Part shown: positions 58,723 to 64,000 of the stretch, piece by piece | Numbering within the stretch: position 1 is the first letter of the stretch | Layout of the letters: each line of letters begins with the position of its first letter | Source of the DNA: Lachnospiraceae bacterium | GTDB lineage: Bacteria > Bacillota > Clostridia > Lachnospirales > Lachnospiraceae | NCBI GenBank assembly: GCA_014804345.1 | Contig: JAAUZZ010000021.1 | Span: 116,923 to 180,922 of the forward strand | Direction: 5' to 3' | Length of the DNA: 64,000 nt | Program-made: the position numbers and the translations under genes | Notes under the pieces: generated by a model | Database searches by the model: none | The model's input: the letters and a program-made list of their open reading frames with translations, nothing else | What the model was told of the DNA's origin: nothing

Positions 58723-59469
58723 ATGTTGTCAAGATTTTATCATGTTATTATCAGAAACCTTCATCATCTTTATATGATCCCGCAGATGGAATACGTTTCG
58801 CGCCACCCCGAGAAATATTCTGAAGAACAAATGTACGAGCTTGACAGGCTCGCCATCAAGAGAATGATCAAGCCGGGACGCATTTCCACAGAAGGATTTG
58901 GCATGAACAACCTGCCAAAGGAAGGCGGTTATATTATGTGCCCAAATCATCAGGGAAAATATGACACGCTCGGCATCATGCTCACGCACGACACCCCTTG
59001 CTCCGTAGTCATAGACATTGATAAATCGAACACCCCTCTGGTAAGGCAGTTTATCAATCTGGTGCGTGGGAAACGCATGGACAGAGAGGATGCAAAGCAG
59101 TCAATCAAAGTAATACGCGAGATGGCAACCGAAGCAAAACAGGGACGCAAATTTATCATTTTTCCCGAAGGCGGCTATTTTCGTAACGGAAACTCTACCA
59201 CGGAATTTAAGCCTGGCGCATTTAAGAGCGCCGTATGGTCAAGAGTTCCGATCGTACCCGTTGTGCTGATTGATTCCTACCGCGTTTTTGAGGAACGAAA
59301 TCTGAAACCGATCAAGACGTTTGTGTATTATCTGAAACCGTTATACTATGCCGACTACAAGGATATGACAACCATAGAGATTGCACAGACCGTTCAAAAA
59401 CGCATTCAGGAGATTTTAAATCTCTATAAACAGGGCAAATCACCCGGTTCCATTGCGGAACATTGTTAA
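58723..59469 (+). CDS. plsC: 1-acyl-sn-glycerol-3-phosphate acyltransferase (PlsC family)
   Basis: NHQGKYD (HX4D), FPEG, FKPGAF, VPIVPV. Confidence 0.85.
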   Translation: MLSRFYHVIIRNLHHLYMIPQMEYVSRHPEKYSEEQMYELDRLAIKRMIKPGRISTEGFGMNNLPKEGGYIMCPNHQGKYDTLGIMLTHDTPCSVVIDIDKSNTPLVRQFINLVRGKRMDREDAKQSIKVIREMATEAKQGRKFIIFPEGGYFRNGNSTTEFKPGAFKSAVWSRVPIVPVVLIDSYRVFEERNLKPIKTFVYYLKPLYYADYKDMTTIEIAQTVQKRIQEILNLYKQGKSPGSIAEHC

Positions 59470-59475
59470 AATTGC

Positions 59476-59507
59476 AATCGAGTGCATACATTTGCACTCG
59501 ATTTTTT
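59476..59507. terminator. Terminator between convergent plsC and YitT genes
   Basis: aatcgagtgca-tacatt-tgcactcgatt-tttt. Confidence 0.8.
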
Positions 59508-60384
59508 AATCATACGGTCTTTGATAAAATCGTCCTGAAACCTGTTGTGTGTTGATCACATTGACAAACGCATCCGGGTCAACCTGCTTAATATCCTTAA
59601 TAATATCCTTGCACTCCGCTCTTGACACAACCGAATAAACAATCTTTCGCTCCTGATGTTCATAAGAGCCTTCCGCCTCAATAACCGTCGCGCCGTGATT
59701 ACTGATCTTTGCGATCACCTCATAAACACTTTTTGCATGATTTGTCACAACAAAAAGCGTGTGCTGACGATATTGCTTGTACAACGTACGAAGAACCTGC
59801 GTAGATGTGTACTGGAAAATAATGGAATACAGCGCTTTCTCCCAGCCAAACAATAATCCCGCAACGACCAGAAGCACGGCATTAAATCCAAGAATCACAT
59901 TGAATGAATCCACGCCTTTTTTCTCCGACAAAAAGATGCCGATAAAATCCGTTCCGCCTGTCGTTGCATCCATCCTCAGGCACATACTGATCGCAAATCC
60001 GTTCATAATTCCGCCAAAGACACTGATGAGCAGCGTATCATATACAATCGCCTGTGATGGCAGAATATCTGTCAGAATATTAGTCAGCATAATCGAAAGA
60101 CATGAATAAAGTGTGAACTTTTTTCCGATATAGCGGAAACCGATATAGATAGGTACCAAATTCAATATGAGGTTTATCAGCGTATACGGAAGCTCAAATC
60201 CGAAATGCAGTTCAACGATCCGCTGTATCAACAGCGTCAAACCGCTCACTCCGCCCGGATACAGCCCGCCTGTCCGCACAAAAGTCTTGATATTGAGCGC
60301 CATGATAACAGACGCAATACAGATTACAACAATGCGTTTTGCATCTTCTTTAAAACTGAATTTCATCACAAACTCCCTCGACAA
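59506..60384 (-). CDS. YitT family membrane protein
   Basis: GGVSG, ATTGGTD, C-terminal IKQVDPDAFV. Confidence 0.92.
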   Translation of the reverse strand: MSREFVMKFSFKEDAKRIVVICIASVIMALNIKTFVRTGGLYPGGVSGLTLLIQRIVELHFGFELPYTLINLILNLVPIYIGFRYIGKKFTLYSCLSIMLTNILTDILPSQAIVYDTLLISVFGGIMNGFAISMCLRMDATTGGTDFIGIFLSEKKGVDSFNVILGFNAVLLVVAGLLFGWEKALYSIIFQYTSTQVLRTLYKQYRQHTLFVVTNHAKSVYEVIAKISNHGATVIEAEGSYEHQERKIVYSVVSRAECKDIIKDIKQVDPDAFVNVINTQQVSGRFYQRPYD

Positions 60385-60396
60385 TCTCCTTCTTGA

Positions 60397-60900
60397 TCAT
60401 TCGTAAAATGCCTTCTTGATACTGTCATAGTGCAAAAATATCCCTTGTGCCGCAAACGCCTCTATTTCCTGTATCGTAGCGAGCATATAGTCATCGGTTT
60501 CTTCTTTCTGTATATGGATATCCGATGCGTCAAAATCCGCCGTAAAACGATAAATGTCCACAAAGTAATTATCGCCCTCTCCCGGATTTTCCCGCTTATA
60601 GCTAAACAGATAGCCGCCTTCCCAATCTTTCACGTCAAGTCCCGTTTCTTCCTTCACCTCGCGCAAAACGGCATCTTTCGAATCCTCTCCCGCCTGTACC
60701 GCGCCTCCAGACACTTCCCACCAGCCGGGCGCCCAAGCCTTTGTCATAACACGCTTCGTGATCAAAAACCGTCCGTCCTTATGCCGAATAACGCCAAGCA
60801 CAGTCAAATGATATTCTCCGTCCTGTAAACACCAGTCGTTTTTCTTCATGGTTCTTCCCGTGCGCTTTTTATCCGCATCATAGATATCCCATAATTCCAT
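60397..60900 (-). CDS. Nudix hydrolase
   Basis: Likely start MELWD at 60900 after GGAGG; Nudix box GGAVQAGEDSKDAVLREVKEETG. Confidence 0.92.
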   Translation of the reverse strand: MELWDIYDADKKRTGRTMKKNDWCLQDGEYHLTVLGVIRHKDGRFLITKRVMTKAWAPGWWEVSGGAVQAGEDSKDAVLREVKEETGLDVKDWEGGYLFSYKRENPGEGDNYFVDIYRFTADFDASDIHIQKEETDDYMLATIQEIEAFAAQGIFLHYDSIKKAFYE

Positions 60901-60916
60901 TGTAGTTTCCTCCATT

Positions 60917-61465
60917 TTATGATAAGTATTTTCCAATCTCTTCTTTCCAAACCATTGTCAGCCGCTCCGCGCTCCATGCCGCATTCGCGGGACTTGTCGA
61001 GGGCAGTTTTATCACAGGCATTTCCGACGCATAGCGCTCCCTGCAATACTTGTGAAACAACGTATCCGCTTTTGCACCGTTTGTAAAGATTGCCCTAATC
61101 GGGGCAGCTCCCAAAATGACACTCATGTCATTTTCTTTCACATTTTTAATCGTACTGTCAGCTGAACCGATAATATCACATGATTCAATGACATCCCAAA
61201 GCGCAATTTTGTTTGTAAGCAAAAGACTGCGTTTCTCCTCAATCGTATCGGGAACTTTTTCTGCTTCAAGCACATTTGCAAGCACACGCCAGAAACGGTT
61301 TTGCGGATGTCCATAATAGAACTGCTGCTGTCTTGATTTTACGGAAGGCAGAGAACCTAATATCAATATTTTTGATGTACTGTCATACACAGGTCCAAAC
61401 TCATGTGTCACATGCTCATAGCTGCCCTGCGCCTTTTTTCCTTCCTTTCGCTGCTTGTCCTCCAA
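60917..61465 (-). CDS. DNA-deoxyinosine glycosylase (UDG family 6, HDG)
   Basis: ILGSLPSVKS, YYGHPQNRFW, LWDV, LPSTSPAN. Confidence 0.9.
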   Translation of the reverse strand: MEDKQRKEGKKAQGSYEHVTHEFGPVYDSTSKILILGSLPSVKSRQQQFYYGHPQNRFWRVLANVLEAEKVPDTIEEKRSLLLTNKIALWDVIESCDIIGSADSTIKNVKENDMSVILGAAPIRAIFTNGAKADTLFHKYCRERYASEMPVIKLPSTSPANAAWSAERLTMVWKEEIGKYLS

Positions 61466-61604
61466 GTCTTATGCCCTCCCTCTTCCGTATCTCGGACTAT
61501 CAGTGCCATTATACCAATAATTCCCTTTAGTTTTCAACCCCCACCATAAAAAAGATGAGCGCTGTCGCAATTTCTTTTAGAATCAAACAAAATGGTCAAA
61601 ACAG

Positions 61605-61633
61605 TTGAAAAAATGAAATTTTTCCACTATAAT
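61605..61633 (+). promoter_or_regulatory. sigma-A promoter
   Basis: TTGAAA-N17-TATAAT upstream of AAGGAGG RBS. Confidence 0.8.
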
Positions 61634-61688
61634 AAAAAATAAGATTTACGATATAAAAGCGTTTTTTATATAAGGAGGAAGAAATACC

Positions 61689-62609
61689 ATGAGATTAATA
61701 ACACGTTCCGATTTTGACGGGCTTGCCTGTGGAGCGCTCTTAAAAGAGGCCGGTATCATAGACAGCTGGAAATTTGCGCATCCAAAGGATTTGCAGGATG
61801 GTCTTGTAGAGGTTACGGAAGATGACTGCCTTGCAAATGTTCCCTTTGTGGAAGGCTGCGGACTTTGGTTTGACCACCACTCAAGCGAGCACGAGCGTCT
61901 TCAGCTGGAAGGCAAATATAAAGGCGAAAGCCGGATTACACCTTCCTGTGCCCGCATTATTTACGAGTATTACGGCGGAAGAGAAAAATTCCCCCAGTTT
62001 GACGATATGATGGAGGCTGTTGATAAGGTTGACTCGGGAAATCTCACGATTGACGAAATCCAAAACCCGAGCGGATGGATCCTCGTCGGATTTCTGATGG
62101 ATCCCAGAACAGGACTTGGACGCTGGAGAAACTTTACCATCTCAAACTATCAGTTAATGGAAAAGCTGATCGATGCATGCCGCACCATGACAACCGCGGA
62201 AATCCTTGCGCTTCCCGATGTTCAGGAGCGTATTGAGGTTTATTGGGAGCAGAACGAAAAGTTCATGGAAATGGTTAAAAAATACACGCGCGTCGACGGA
62301 AATCTAATCATATCCGATTTAAGAGGCGTTGACCCGATTTATACCGGAAATCGTTTCCTCATTTACAGCATGTATCCCGAGCAGAATATATCCGCATGGA
62401 TCGTAAGCGGACGCGGCGGCGCGGGCTGTTCTGCCGCATGCGGTTACAGTGTTCTGAACAAAACCTCGAATGTCGATGTCGGAAGCCTTATGTTAAAGTA
62501 CGGCGGCGGCGGACACAGAAAGGTCGGCACTTGTCAGTTCACCGATGATAATATGGAAGAAGAACTGCCAAAGATGCTTGCGGAGCTTTCCCAAATGGCA
62601 AATTCATAA
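61689..62609 (+). CDS. DHH/DHHA1 phosphoesterase (exopolyphosphatase-like / PggH-like)
   Basis: RLITRSDFDGL, AHPKD, FDHH, DPRTGLGR, GGGGH. Confidence 0.85.
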   Translation: MRLITRSDFDGLACGALLKEAGIIDSWKFAHPKDLQDGLVEVTEDDCLANVPFVEGCGLWFDHHSSEHERLQLEGKYKGESRITPSCARIIYEYYGGREKFPQFDDMMEAVDKVDSGNLTIDEIQNPSGWILVGFLMDPRTGLGRWRNFTISNYQLMEKLIDACRTMTTAEILALPDVQERIEVYWEQNEKFMEMVKKYTRVDGNLIISDLRGVDPIYTGNRFLIYSMYPEQNISAWIVSGRGGAGCSAACGYSVLNKTSNVDVGSLMLKYGGGGHRKVGTCQFTDDNMEEELPKMLAELSQMANS

Positions 62610-62617
62610 TGTGATAC

Positions 62618-62653
62618 ATAATCGAGCAGGGAATGTTTCTTCCCTGCTCGCGC
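62618..62653. repeat. Family A element, first hairpin only, between convergent genes
   Basis: ataatcgagcagggaa-tgtttc-ttccctgctcgcgc. Confidence 0.8.
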
Positions 62654-62673
62654 ATTTCATACCGTATTTTTTA

Positions 62674-63999
62674 CTATCCGAGCGTAAGATTTAAATACCC
62701 CTCATCATAGTCCCACTTCGCCGTTTCTTTCGTACGCAGTATCATACCGCCTTCGTTTTTCTCATATGCCTGAACAGTATGCGTACTGCGCATCAACGTC
62801 GGAAGAATCTCCGCAAGCTCCTCCTCGTTTAACGTCGTTTCGACCACCTGAAGCTTTGCGTCAGCGCCGTCCCGATCGCATACCCTGTACATCAGCACGC
62901 TTGTCGCGCCGTTTTCATGATTCGTAAGCTTTAGAGCTCTGCCGTTGCAAAAGGAATTTTCCTTCATTGCATATCGGATTGCTTCCTCGTCCCATTCGAC
63001 ATAGCCTTCTCCGTTAAAATAGCGGTCACGAATTTCTTTATATTCCTTTGCGGACACCTCTTCCATCTGCCATTTTTCAAGCTCCGCCATCCTGATTTCG
63101 TCATTATTTTCTAATACATATGTCATATCTTCTGCTAACTCATACGCCATATTTCCCGACACGCGTGTCACTTTTTCCATACAGGGATTGTAAATCCAAC
63201 AGGGACTCTGCCGAAATACTTCATCAAAACCAAGCCGTTCGTAATATCGTTGCAACCGCTCATCCGCGGGCTGTAAGATAAGCGGCTCCTCATACTTGTC
63301 AAACGCATATTGTATGAGCTTCGACGCGTACCCTCTTCTCCTGTATTCGGGCAGCGTCGCTACAGCATACACATATCTTGCCGCATGTTTTTCGCCGCCA
63401 ATCGTAATCGTTACAGGCAGCAAGCTGAGCATCGAAACAGGTGCGCCGTCCTCGTGAATGACAAGCATGTTTTCCGTCCGAAAACGGTTTGAAAGATACA
63501 GGTCAATATACTCTCTGTTATCTCCAAAACATACCTGCCAGATGTGCTCAATCGCACCGGTATCCGTTTCGTTCGCAAAGACGACACTGCTCTGCGTTAC
63601 CCTGTATTTCTTCAAAATAATATCCGGATAATACGAAAGTTTCGCTTTTCTTAGCCCCAAATCCCCCGTATCCTCCTCGCGGTTTACATAAGTAAATCCT
63701 TCCCCTTCATGCAAAATAAACTGCTGATTGATCATCGGATACGCGCCCTGTAAATCAGGATAGGCTTTCTCAAAATGCACGACAAGCGTGTCCGCGTTTA
63801 ACCGTTCTCCTATCGTAAACGCTACAATCTCGTCCGCCTTATAAAGTACGCCGCCCACGAATCCAAGCTCATCAAAGTGATCAAGTGCCTCATCGAGTAC
63901 GCCAATCTCCTCCTCCATGCTGTCATTCCATTTATCGGCGCGCATCTGCTCCCACTCTTTGGACATTTTACAGCAGCCTTCAATATTTGCCGCGCTCAT
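62674..63999 (-). CDS. DUF2156 (aaPG-synthase C-terminal-like) - GNAT acetyltransferase fusion, 5' end outside window
   Basis: VHFEKA, YVNREEDTGDLGLRKAKLSYYP then YVYAVATLPEYRRRGYAS. Confidence 0.8.
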   Translation of the reverse strand: MSAANIEGCCKMSKEWEQMRADKWNDSMEEEIGVLDEALDHFDELGFVGGVLYKADEIVAFTIGERLNADTLVVHFEKAYPDLQGAYPMINQQFILHEGEGFTYVNREEDTGDLGLRKAKLSYYPDIILKKYRVTQSSVVFANETDTGAIEHIWQVCFGDNREYIDLYLSNRFRTENMLVIHEDGAPVSMLSLLPVTITIGGEKHAARYVYAVATLPEYRRRGYASKLIQYAFDKYEEPLILQPADERLQRYYERLGFDEVFRQSPCWIYNPCMEKVTRVSGNMAYELAEDMTYVLENNDEIRMAELEKWQMEEVSAKEYKEIRDRYFNGEGYVEWDEEAIRYAMKENSFCNGRALKLTNHENGATSVLMYRVCDRDGADAKLQVVETTLNEEELAEILPTLMRSTHTVQAYEKNEGGMILRTKETAKWDYDEGYLNLTLG

Positions 64000-64000
64000 C

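Noticed and set aside
7567-62653. Possible CRISPR array from the recurring palindromes
   Set aside because: Copies are dispersed, not regularly spaced with spacers, and no cas genes are present

Overview
Core-genome window from a spore-forming Clostridia bacterium, Lachnospiraceae-like by gene order and protein families, with almost all genes on the minus strand. Read in transcription order (right to left), it contains a partial DUF2156-GNAT gene, a DHH phosphoesterase, an HDG glycosylase/Nudix/YitT cluster, plsC, clpS-clpA-aat and a Cys-motif GGDEF-EAL protein. Next come tRNA-Glu(CTC), citrate synthase, the rimP-nusA-ylxR-ylxQ-infB-rbfA-nrnA-truB-ribF operon, a 2080-aa modular PL1 pectate lyase, an SH3-NlpC/P60 hydrolase, rpsO-pnp and the full spoIIIAA-AH operon. 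These are followed by a three-gene signalling cassette, deoB-prfC-transglutaminase-like gene, asp23-nusB-xseAB-ispA-dxs-tlyA-nadK-argR-recN, an RND/MFP pair and the probable start of spoIVB. Two things stand out. (1) The signalling cassette encodes a REC-HD-GYP regulator, a hybrid kinase with HPt, and a hybrid kinase fused to a C-terminal DegV/FakB fatty-acid-binding domain. This is a candidate fatty-acid-sensing phosphorelay to c-di-GMP breakdown, and it is bracketed by a duplicated terminator. (2) Ten copies of three families of small modular hairpin elements sit in intergenic DNA. They show covarying stems and uniform orientation, and one family has flanking 8-13 bp direct repeats, including an insertion between the sigma-E-like promoter and the RBS of spoIIIA. 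No transposase, integrase, prophage or CRISPR array was seen. All calls come from reading motifs by eye; no database searches were run.
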